A DNA stretch of 64,000 nt, taken from assembly GCA_010909165.1 (NCBI GenBank), contig VJWM01000302.1, positions 47,214-111,213 on the forward strand, given 5' to 3'. This document shows, in pieces, positions 26,957 through 36,919 of the stretch (its first letter is position 1; each line of letters opens with the position of its first letter). This DNA comes from Anthoceros angustus (lineage: Eukaryota; Plantae; Anthocerotophyta). Under the pieces are notes generated by a model. That model was not told where the DNA came from. It saw nothing but the letters and a program-made list of their open reading frames with translations, and ran no database searches. A program made the position numbers and the translations under genes.

Positions 26957-28149
26957 ACCGGGTATCGAGCCATGGTTTGGTTGTGTTGTGATGCTAGAAT
27001 TTTCTAGTCGTTAGTACGGCTCATGACAGCCGTGGGCAATTGCAGGTGATCCCGTGATCGCGGTGAGGCTGCCATGCTAAACGCGCAGGCAGCGGCGAGC
27101 GATCGGGCTGAAGTGGCGAGGCAAGGCACAGCGACCCTCGGCGCAGCGTGTGTCAGTGTGCTGCAACCTTGGCCGTGGAGGCTGCGTAAGTGACGCTGGG
27201 CGCTGGCCAGGCGAGAGCACGCAGCGAGCCCGGCGACACGCAATGACCGGGTTGGGCGGGCGCACAAGGCGGCAGCCGGGCTACGGGCAAGACGAGACAC
27301 AGCTAGCCGAACGCCGGCGAAAGCCGCTCCGCAGCGGCGCGGAGCGTCACGCAGATCTTGCCGGGCGTGCTGTGCCGCTACCGGGCCGCGCGCGACGCCG
27401 GGCTGGCCAAAGCCGGAGCGCCAAGGCAGGCGCCAGTAATCGCATGAGCGCTGGGCGCCAGTGGGGCGCTGGGCAGAGACGGGCGCCACTGGCCTGGGCA
27501 GCGGGCCGCTGGCGCTGGCCGCGGGCCAGCGGAGCGCCTTGAGCCCGCAAGCGTTCTGGTAGGGCGCTGCGGCAGTTCGCCAGGCGCGCAGCAGTTCGCG
27601 ATGGGCGCTGCAGTTACCCGCTGGAGCCGCGCGGGGCCTGCAGCCCGCTGGGCGCTGCAGCCGAGGCGCGCAGAAAGCCTTCCAGGCCGGGCCCGGTAGC
27701 CCGAAACATAAGCCCGCGTGAGCGCTGGCGCCCACTTCGCAGCGCTGCGCTGCAGCCGCAGTTCATAGGCGCGCAGCCCGCGAAACAGGGCGCCGCGGCG
27801 CCGCCGCTGGCCACAAGTGGGCGCAGGCATGCCATGCCAGCGTAACGCGGCGGGTGATCAGGCCGTGGTCGCGGGCGCACCCGGTGCGGCCGTGCGAGGC
27901 ATCGCGCGCGGTGACCGCGGCGGGTAACGTTGGCCGCAGTAGCGTGGCCAGCGTGACGCGGGCAGCCGACGGCTCGGGCAAGATGAGTTGAGGGCGCCGA
28001 ACACCGGGCAGGTGAGTGGCCAAAATTGACCGACACATGTTCCCGCGTGAATACTCGGTGGAATAGTCAATTACAAACACATGGAAGGCTGTAAAAGCCG
28101 CATCAAGTGACTGCTTTTCTTCTTTCGACTTTTCTAACAAGAAGCGAGT

Positions 28150-29200
28150 TGAGTGTTTAATCTCAGACGATTTTCAGTCATGAAATTTTGGTGTGATGTC
28201 TTCATCGACGAGGAAAACGCGTCATGTTCAATAACATCGCAGTTAGATGGTACACTAACTGATTACCTGAAAGAACAAGTGTATAATGTTCTAGTGCGTA
28301 AGCATCAAGCCCATAAAGTTGTTAGGCCAAACCATAAGTATGATTAATGAGTGAGGACACGGATGAGCTTGCCAGATCTACTATCATGCTAACATTGTCA
28401 AAACAAGGTACTTCAATGAAAGATAAGACCACGAAGTTACTTGACCGATGGCGTAAACCGTAGGACTTGTATGAGAAGCAAAGTGCTAGCTCGGTGTTAA
28501 AAATGGTTGGCTTGGACTTGAAGATGAAGGAAGGAACGAGGATGTCCGATCATCTCGAATGATTTCAATACCATTTTCGTGACTCTCATCTCAAGAAGGT
28601 ATCACGTTCCCGCATTAGAGAGCTATGTTTTGTTGGTCACATTACCGAGAGTTGGGACACTTTCGTGCCCGCTCCGAGTAATTCCGCTAGTGGTCTTACC
28701 ATTGTAATGTAGAAGGGAGCCTGTGAATCGGAGGTGAATGAAAAACATGGAACCTTCCAAAGGTTCCAAAGGTGCCCTCATAGTGAGAGGAGGTCCACAT
28801 CGTGTTATGTCTTCACGCGTAATCGAGGGGCAGCCTCATGGCGATCTCGCTTTGCGCCATGCATTACGCTATCTACCACAGTAGGCCGAGTATGTTAAAA
28901 GAATCGAGGCTTGCAAGGAAGCCATATGGCTTGCTCGCTTAGTGGGAGACTTGGGATCAAGGTTGAGTCATTGTTGCATTGTGATAGCTGTAGTGCTATC
29001 CAATTGGCAAAGAATCCAAAGTGTTTCATGCGAAGACTAAACATGTGGATGTGAAGTATCACTCATTCGAGAGGTGTTGGACGACAAGAGGGTACAACTT
29101 GTCAAGGTTCACACCAAATGTAACCCGCAGATATTCTTACCAAGGGACTCTACGAGCAATTTGCACAAGCTCTGGACATCGATGGGCATGAGATAGTCCA
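28150..29200 (+). pseudogene. Copia-E Gag fragment fused to RNaseH C-terminus
   Basis: Gag-like STIMLTLSK...YEKQSASS (28380-28500). RNaseH ACKEAIWLARLVGDLG...AKNP...KTKHVDVKY (28905-29150). Integrase and nearly all of RT are absent. Confidence 0.8.
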
Positions 29201-29238
29201 TTCTCCCACGAAGGTAAATTGGCCTTTAAGTGGGAGGT

Positions 29239-29485
29239 TGTAAGGGTATTAAAGTCAATATACTTAGACTAATACACTTAGTCTAAGTTAGTGTCGCTAT
29301 ATCATTAGTTTGAAGCTAATCACTAGGAAGCTTCTTGTGCTCCTTCCTAGAGCTTCTTGTGGAGCCTTAGGAGTTCTATTGAGGGTATAAATACCCTCCA
29401 AGCCTCATCTCAATGTGAGAGAGCTACACTTGCCTCCTCCTCTCCTCTCCTCTTTCCACCAGCATGGCTGCCCCACGATCCTTCA
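29239..29485 (+). repeat. Copia-E 3' LTR
   Basis: Preceded by the PPT, followed by the AACCT TSD. Confidence 0.9.
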
Positions 29486-31861
29486 AACCTTGTAGCTTAA
29501 ATCCAACACGGACCTCATAACAATGTAAAAAGGTGGAAGGTGAGACCTCCAATCACAGTTGGTATGTTTCTCAACACTCCCAGTGGCTTCCTCCTTGTTT
29601 GGTCGGCCATCCGCAAAAACACTCGGGCCGGGTGAAACTCGGTGAACCCAAGCTGATGAGCGGTCTCTTCCGTCATCAAGTTGACTCCCGATCCCGAATC
29701 CAATGGCACACATTGGGCACCAAGCACTGTAATCTCAACTTCAATTCTCGGTGCCCCAAATCAACGCAGTTCGACCACGCCACTCCACCCAAGGCCTCTC
29801 ATCCCCCATCTGGGATTCCCTTGATCATACATTTTATGGGATCTCGGGCTCACCGCAAGTAATGCCTCAATGACTACAAATTCGGTCACAAGCAATGCGT
29901 CAAATAAACTAGAGATCTTATCTTACAAGGTTTCCTCCCTGCTTTGTACTGGCCGAGATTCTCGACCTTATTGGTAAAATTCTCGAATCCATGGTCCAAC
30001 CTGGTGGGACTCTATACACCGCGGATCAACAACTGGCCCGCTTACCTTCTTCCTCGAATCTTTGGGTGATTCTGTCGCCTCATCCTCCAAAGATCGCCGC
30101 CACTTTGCCGATATCGGGAGGAAACGCGTATCGTTTCTCCCCCTCATTTGGCTCTTCCTCGTTTCGCCCTACCGCGTAGGTCGCCCACCCACTCAGTGCT
30201 GCATCAGGGTAGTCCGCCTACCCGCCTCGGGTAGGGTGGGTCCGTTCCTCCCGCTCCTCGAGCGGTTGGACGCCCCGCATCTCCGGAGGCCAAGGTGAGT
30301 CATTCCTCACCTTCCTCCTCTCCTCCCCTGCTCGCGCCCGCCTCCGACCGGCCGGCCTTTCTCCTGGCTGCCCGATCCGTGGTCACCTTGGCCACCATCA
30401 ATCCTTCATCCGCGCTCATCTCCTTCGCACTTTCTTCCACAATTCCCCGACACATAGATCTGCCGAGGAAATCGATTCCGTCCACAAAGACGGCCATGGT
30501 CATCAAGCGCGGTTTCGTGGTTGGTTCGTGGTTTCCTCCACCACAGTTCTGAACCTAACCCCTGTCGCGCTTAGTGTCACCAAGCCACGCCCAACACTTG
30601 GGATCCCATCTTATGCCCCAATTCCTTGCATACCGATAAAAGGGCACATAACCCACTTTGCTTCTAGGTTCCTGGGCAATCATTTGAGTAGTGACCCGGT
30701 GCTGCAATTATAACAACATCCCCTGTGGAATTGCATCGGCCTTTGTGATGAATCCGTCTCCATGGCTGGCGATGCCTGGGCTGATCCATACCGAGGAACG
30801 GTGTTGGTAAGTCGCCTCATTGATTGAGGTGACTTCCGACCGCTGTACTTGGAAGCTTCATCCACATACCAATAGTCCCTGTGCATGACGGTTTCCACAT
30901 GATTTACAGATGTGGGCGAATACATTCCCCTCGTTGGTGTGTCCTGCTTGATGACAAATTGAGCAATACACCAACTATCTCGCTGGGTGAGGGAGACCTT
31001 CGTGAGCTTGATTCTTTCACCGCTTGACCTCCAATTTGGTCAATCTCTTCGCTTTGGTTTCAATCAATCAAGGAGACAACTCACACCCTTTATGTCTCAA
31101 CTGCTCACCCTATGACAAATAGAGGTTCCTTCTTTACAACATATGGTCACTTTCTCGCCCCTTCTCAAGCATTCCTACAGCCCAACATGGAAACTCAAAA
31201 CTTCAAACTTTCAAAGACAACAAATCGCTAACGGCGCATAAAATGTGGAGGAAAACCCTGGGCTTCCGAGGCTTCCCCCACGGGCCACACTTATCCCAAC
31301 TGTTTCTCAGACGCTGGGTTTCTGCCCATGAGACTTGTGTGAAAGATCGAGTCTTGTGGAAAACAATCACTACCTACAGGACACAACTTCCGCCTCTAAA
31401 CAAGCAAGGCGCCTCTACTCTCCTCTTACAAGAAATGCACCACTTGCACCGTCTGAAGACTTTCCAACCCCGACCTACAATGACACGACACAATTGGTGC
31501 CCCGCCTTTAGCAACAGGTGAGCCCATATCGCAGCGCCTGTGGGACCCCCGATCCGCACCGCATTTATCTCTACTTCTAAGACCACCCTCCACCTGTGGA
31601 GTGCCCTTTTTACTGCAGATTTGGGATTCGTCCCTTAGGCTCATCAGGGCCTTCGCTAACGCCACACTCTATTCCTCTACTCATCTCTTCATCCTTTTCC
31701 TCCCACTCTAACCTCGCTCAAGCCATTTTTGACCATTACTTACTGACGGGATCACTGGGGTCGTCCCTCCACCAGCAAGTTCTTCCTGGGCTGGTTGTTA
31801 TGAATTAGACACCAATCGAGTATCTGTGAGTCTCGTCTGCGCAGCCTTCCTCACCGAGAGT

Positions 31862-32955
31862 TGATGAGAATCATACACAAGCTCAAGCAATATGTGTTGA
31901 ATATATCATAATAGAAAGTACATGCCTTTATGTAGGCAAGGTAGTTGTAACCAATAAGTCATAAACAACTAACCAATTAAATAACTACTAAAAGAAACTA
32001 CCTAGAGCCCTAAGGACTAAATTAATTATTAAGTCCTAGGTGCCCTAGTGAAGGAGTGCCCTAATAGTAAGCTATTTTATCACCCCACCACTATGAACTA
32101 GGGGTGATTGATCAAAAGAGGTCAAGGAAAACTAGTCTAGCAAAAACTAGTCCCTAACTAAACTTTACTTAAAAGCATACAAGAAAACTTAAAGTAAAAA
32201 TTGAAAGTAATAATCACCATTAAAATAACTCCCACTTAAGGAGAACTGAGGTGAGTAACTAATAACCCAACTTGATTAGGTTGAATTAAAACTAATTAAA
32301 TTGTATTTAAGGAATTTATATATATAAAATTCCAGAAAATAGCCTAATTTCCGAAAAGGAAAATCAAAAGGATAATAGGTAATACCCTCCTTCCTCCTTA
32401 CGACTCGTGATTCGACAAGTTTGGTGGTACATATGCGGTGATGGCGATGGCGGGAGGGATGGCCACCAGCAAAGCGCCCAATCCACCGGGAGGCGCCCGT
32501 GGGGACACCATTGCGCCCCCTGTCGAGCCCGGCCCTCTCCGCCCTGGCAGCGCCGTAGGCCGTGCGCCTCGGGCCCAATCCGGGCGTCCTTGCGGGCGAG
32601 GCGCTCGGGCGCTTTCTTTGGGCGCTCAAGCAAGAAGGATAGGAGGCGCCCCTACTGCTGATGCCCATAGTCGTATTCTGCTGGCGATGAAGAGTCTACG
32701 CCTCCACGGACCTCGTCCTTCCTGCGGCCTTTCGAGAAGAAACCTCCGCATCCATCATTGATACCTCATCCTCGGAGGATGAAGGCAGAAGTGCCTAAGG
32801 ATCCTACAGGGGCGCTCCAGCCCGAAGAGGAAAAGCACGCTGTCCAGTAGATTGTGTCTTCATTTTCGCCATGTCTCCTAGGATGCAAAAGTTTGTGAAG
32901 CAAGCTGGATGTGTTCATCAAAAGGGGGAGAAGGGCAGCCTAGGTGATGAGGGCG
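31862..32955 (-). repeat. Copia-A copy 2 3' LTR
   Basis: Colinear with 490-1564 along its whole length. Confidence 0.9.
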
Positions 32956-33004
32956 TGCTGTCATGGCACGGATAGAATGGAAGCATGTGACTTAGGATAA
33001 TGTG

Positions 33005-33122
33005 ATAGGCATGTATGGATGTTAATAGGCATGTGCATGTTAATGTAATGTGCATGTTGATAGGCATGTGCATGTTAATATAATGTGCATGTTGATAGGC
33101 ATGTGCATGTTAATGTGCATGT
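33005..33122. repeat. Short tandem array of (G)CATGTGCATGTT units
   Basis: About six TGCATG copies in an imperfect array with ~37 bp higher-order period. Confidence 0.85.
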
Positions 33123-33194
33123 GACCGTATGGCAGTCACATGGTAGCTGCATAGTATGGGCATGGTAAGGCAAGGCACGTGTAAGCCGTATGCA

Positions 33195-33200
33195 TATAAA
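33195..33200 (+). promoter_or_regulatory. Candidate TATA box of the DNMT-Gypsy
   Basis: TATAAA ~235 bp from the 5' terminus, downstream of the tandem array. Confidence 0.45.
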
Positions 33201-33849
33201 CGGCGGGTGGCAGGAAGTCAACGGAGGACAAGAACATTAAGGCGAAGACGGCGCCTCGGTCAGGGCGCGCATCTTCTCGGGATAGCAAAGACATTTATGG
33301 TGTGGAGGCGGAAGGCTGATAAAAAGGAATGAGCAATCCGAGGGACATGGATTGCTGATGTTTACGGGAGGAAACACCGAAAGAGGTGGATGTGCGTAGA
33401 CAGACAGATCCCAAAAGCAGAAGAGCCTAGCCAGTGTGTGTGGGTGGTGTGCGAGTGAAGGAAACAAAGATTTTTTCACATCAGCAATCCCTGGAAGAGG
33501 CGATAGGGACGCAGTTGTTCATGCTGAAGGGCCCAAGAGGCAACCCATGATTCAGCAGATGCTACAAAGCACCCAAGATTGCTGACGAAGGAGTAGTGAC
33601 ACCATTCAGATAAGTTGATGGTGGACTTCAATGAAAGCTCTGTAGACTATTCTTTGCTGTTTTACTCAGGTCGTTCCATTCTTGACTGGGCCACTCTAGC
33701 AGAGATTGAACCAGCCTACTTGTGGCAGAGGCTCTGGATTGAAGTGGTTGATAAACTAACTTGGCTGGCAGACTAGACTGAAGAGGGGACCAATACTAAC
33801 TTCGATGAAATGCCATACATAGTATCCCGCAGAGGAAGAGATTGAAGAA

Positions 33850-35378
33850 GTGATGGTGTTTTTGCGCTTGGGTTGGACAAACGAAGTCACCCCAACCCAG
33901 GAAGCTTGTCGTGCCGCTCCTCAATCCTTGTCAGTGCGAAGACCTGGTGGTCAATTTGAGTGGAGTCAGAGTCCCATTCGTGCCATAGACTCTGAAGAGA
34001 GTCGTACTGGTGCAAGGATGGAGTACGAGCCGGCTCCTAGCAAAAATGATGTGTTCACCGGCAGACAAGGGAGCATGTCTCTTGCTGATTTCGAGGAGAA
34101 ATTCAGGTGGGCAATCGACGAAATGGTGCTTAAATACAAGTCTGAGTTCACACCAGAGATGGCGTTGAGGAAGATGAGCACGTTCCTGGCAGGTGAGGCT
34201 CTAACATGTTATCGTGACAGCAAGGATCAGATTCTGTAATGCTCGCACTATCAAGATCAAGGCTGGCAAGGCCTTAAAGAGAGATGAAGAAGAGGACGAG
34301 GCAACGGGTTCAGCCCAACAGGCGATTACCTATTTGGTAGATGAAATGTTTGTCAAATTCGTGAGATGTTTCCGTGTCTTCGATAGAGAAGATACAAGAA
34401 TTGTCAAAATTCACCATTAGGCCCAGTGAACCTCTAGGTCTGCTTACTTAAGGTTGAGGCAACTGGTGAAAGATACGAAAGTGAAGACGCGGAAGCCGCT
34501 TGAGATATATATCGCACCTTGCTGTGCGGAGCAGAAGGGTGATCGCCAACTTTCTGCACATGATGCACGGGGCAGAATATGAGCTAGATCAAGCATATGA
34601 AATGGCCGAGAGGGTCATGAAAGGTGATGCTATGACTAACGCATATTGGGAGGAGCACAATGTGGTTAGAGGACATCAGAATGCTTCGAATCCACATAAG
34701 GCTCAAGGAAGAAATGTGTATCGGGAACCCACACCGGTGACTGTTCAATGAAGGAACTCACCTCCTAAGGAGCGGCCAGTCAATAGCGCTGCAACTTCGA
34801 AAGCTATGATTAAATGTTTGCGATGTAGAGGGCCACACAAGGCATTTGAGTGTGAGCACCGAGTTGGTGGAGCGAAGGAAAAGGAAGTGTGCAGAGCATG
34901 TGGCAAGACAGGGCACACTGAGGCAGCCTGCTGGCAATCTCATCCAGAGTTCAGGCCAAAGGGAGCTGGAGAACGAACGGTTGATAAACCAAAGCCGACG
35001 GTGAACTACACACGAAAGGCACTGCTTAGCGAAGTGCAGAGATTGCAAGAGCAGTTGGCGATGAGTGTGAGTGTAACAGGAAGCTCTAGTGGTCCAACTG
35101 TCGAATACGACTCGGATGAGGACGCATATGCGTTGATGGCAGGAAGACCAATTTGCTCAAAGGAGAATAGTGTGGATTTGGGAAAGAATGTCAAAGAGAA
35201 GCGAGTTGAGGAGAGAAACCAACTCCGAATGCCCAGATCCTTCAGACAAATGGAAGATGAAGCGTCTAGGTTGGAAAAGAAGAATGTCACACTCAGTGCG
35301 GAAGTCTTGCTTGAGAAGGCAATGGAAATTCCTGTGATGAGCTTGCGAGACCTGGGGGGTCAAAACACAGCCATTTAA
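33850..35378 (+). pseudogene. Gag with two CCHC zinc knuckles
   Basis: CLRCRGPHKAFEC and CRACGKTGHTEAAC in ORF 34806-35378. Gag core in 33850-34239 and 34500-34751. Confidence 0.82.
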
Positions 35379-35382
35379 ACAA

Positions 35383-35990
35383 ATGATGCAAGCATGGATC
35401 AGAAAAGAGTCCGCAGATCTGGGAGTACCCGAACTTGCCAGTTTAAGAGGTGATCACCTGAAGCCAGGAGCAAGAGGCAAAGGTGGAATTGCGTTGGTGA
35501 AGAACCAAAATCGCGAAGTCACGGTCAATGGTTTTGCTCCGAATTGTGTATTGGTGGACACGGTGCCGATCCAAGTGTTACTAGGGCTCGAGTTCAAGAG
35601 GCGCTCAAACTATATGGTGATAAGTTGAAACCAAGTGATGTGCGCATCACTACCTCTGCGGGCACCAAGGAACAAGTAATGGGAATGACCCGTGATCCTG
35701 TCAGAATCGAATTCAAACCTGGCACACCAGATGCATGTGTGATTGAAGTTCGATGCTTAGTATGAGATGCCAAAAATTATGATGTGCTGCCTGGTGCCGA
35801 TGCCACACATGGACCAGCCATGGGGGTGGATCCATTACATGCGGTAGCGTTCTACCGACCGAGGTGGCAGGAGGGAGACTTCACACACGTTGCCAGAATT
35901 CCACTGGAGATGACAAGGCGAGATGAAAAACCCAGGAGCATGCTAGCGATAAGGGCATGTGTAGCTCAAAGCGTCGATCGCAAAGAGATG
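35383..35990 (+). pseudogene. Retroviral-type aspartic protease
   Basis: VLVDT(G)ADPSV at ~35548-35580 across a 1-nt shift; YDVL(L)GAD flap/C-terminal motif at ~35778-35800. Confidence 0.75.
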
Positions 35991-36062
35991 TGGCAGAAAC
36001 GCAGGAGATGATGGCGATGAAGTGCAAAACACAAAGAGGAGTTTGTGTGTGTTGGGTTGCAG

Positions 36063-36680
36063 TGACTCGCTTGCGTACACTGTCTTGTTTACCTACTTGC
36101 TAGCCGCCCGCTACCGCACTCGAGGACACATGGATTGGCTCATCCATGCACGACTTCAAGCAAAAGAGCCTGTGGAGCGGTACATAGCGACCTATGCGTC
36201 CATAGTCACAGCCACCACGGTTGGCTATGGCGATCTCCATCCCGTGAACATGAGGAGATGGTGTTACATCTTCTACATGCTCTTCAATCTCGGACTCACG
36301 GCCTACGATCGGCAACATGACCAACCTCGCCATCACCGGTCGAACTCGAAGCTATGTGAGTAGACCAAAACATACCTCTTGTGGTGCTGAAGTCGCGGTC
36401 TGGATGCATGTGCATCTGTAACATGATGTTCCACTTCTCCTCTTATGATGACTCGTGCGGTGTTCGATTTCACCGCCCAAACCCCTGTCGTGCAGAGCAG
36501 ATGCTTGCACATGCGTTTGAAGTTCAAAACCGAGAGTCAAGCAAACCACCCTAGCTCTCGCCCAAGGCAATTCGCTCGATGTTGCCGAGATCCTGCTCAT
36601 GCCTATTGTGAGGCGTACTTGTTCAAGAATGTGTCGATGATTTGCTTCACCTCCAACCAATCTCTCCGCCCTTCTTTCCG
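36063..36680 (+). pseudogene. Genomic fragment of an AKT1-type Shaker K+ channel (S5-pore-S6, C-linker)
   Basis: YLLAARY...[16 protein letters not shown]...[12 protein letters not shown]...[12 protein letters not shown](L)IGNMTNL; GYGD at 36223-36234. Acceptor ttgcag at 36057-36062, donor GTGAGT at 36356. Next exon EQMLAH(M)RLKFKTES...PKAIRS...AYLFKNVS. Confidence 0.9.
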
Positions 36681-36919
36681 TTGTCCCGAGGTTGTGTGCC
36701 AGGGCAAATCATCTCGAATGCCATCGCCATCTTGCAGAAAGAAAAGTGAACATGTACGTGAAGTCAACCTGTGACTTAAGCAGTACGACAAGGGAGTATG
36801 AACGGCGTAAAGGCAATCGGGGTTGGCGATCTCTAATAGGTGTTCAGAGAATGGTGGCGGACTTAAGTCGTGAGGAATTGCGCATCGACAATGAGATAGT
36901 TTGTTGGCGGTGATGAACA

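Larger units (their letters stand above)
26695..29485 (+). mobile_element. Internally deleted (non-autonomous) Copia element, Copia-E, 2.79 kb
   Basis: LTRs 26695-26956 and 29239-29485 (TG...CA). PBS-like GGTATCGAGC at 26961-26970. PPT AAGTGGGAGG at 29228-29237. TSD AACCT at 26690-26694 and 29486-29490. Confidence 0.93.
24740..31860 (-). mobile_element. Ty3/Gypsy internal region interrupted by Copia-E
   Basis: Gag with CCHC knuckles (~30630-30730). Protease PLDSGSGVNLM...SYKV|LIGRPWL split by the insertion at 26695-29485. RT MPFMDMIVFDTIDSGGHEIYS (25477-25824). RNaseH-adjacent ASNF motif (~24800). Confidence 0.85.

Noticed and set aside
27004-28140. Long overlapping ORFs (up to 243 aa)
   Set aside because: Arg/Ala/Pro-rich and open in many frames because of extreme GC; they lie in a Copia leader.
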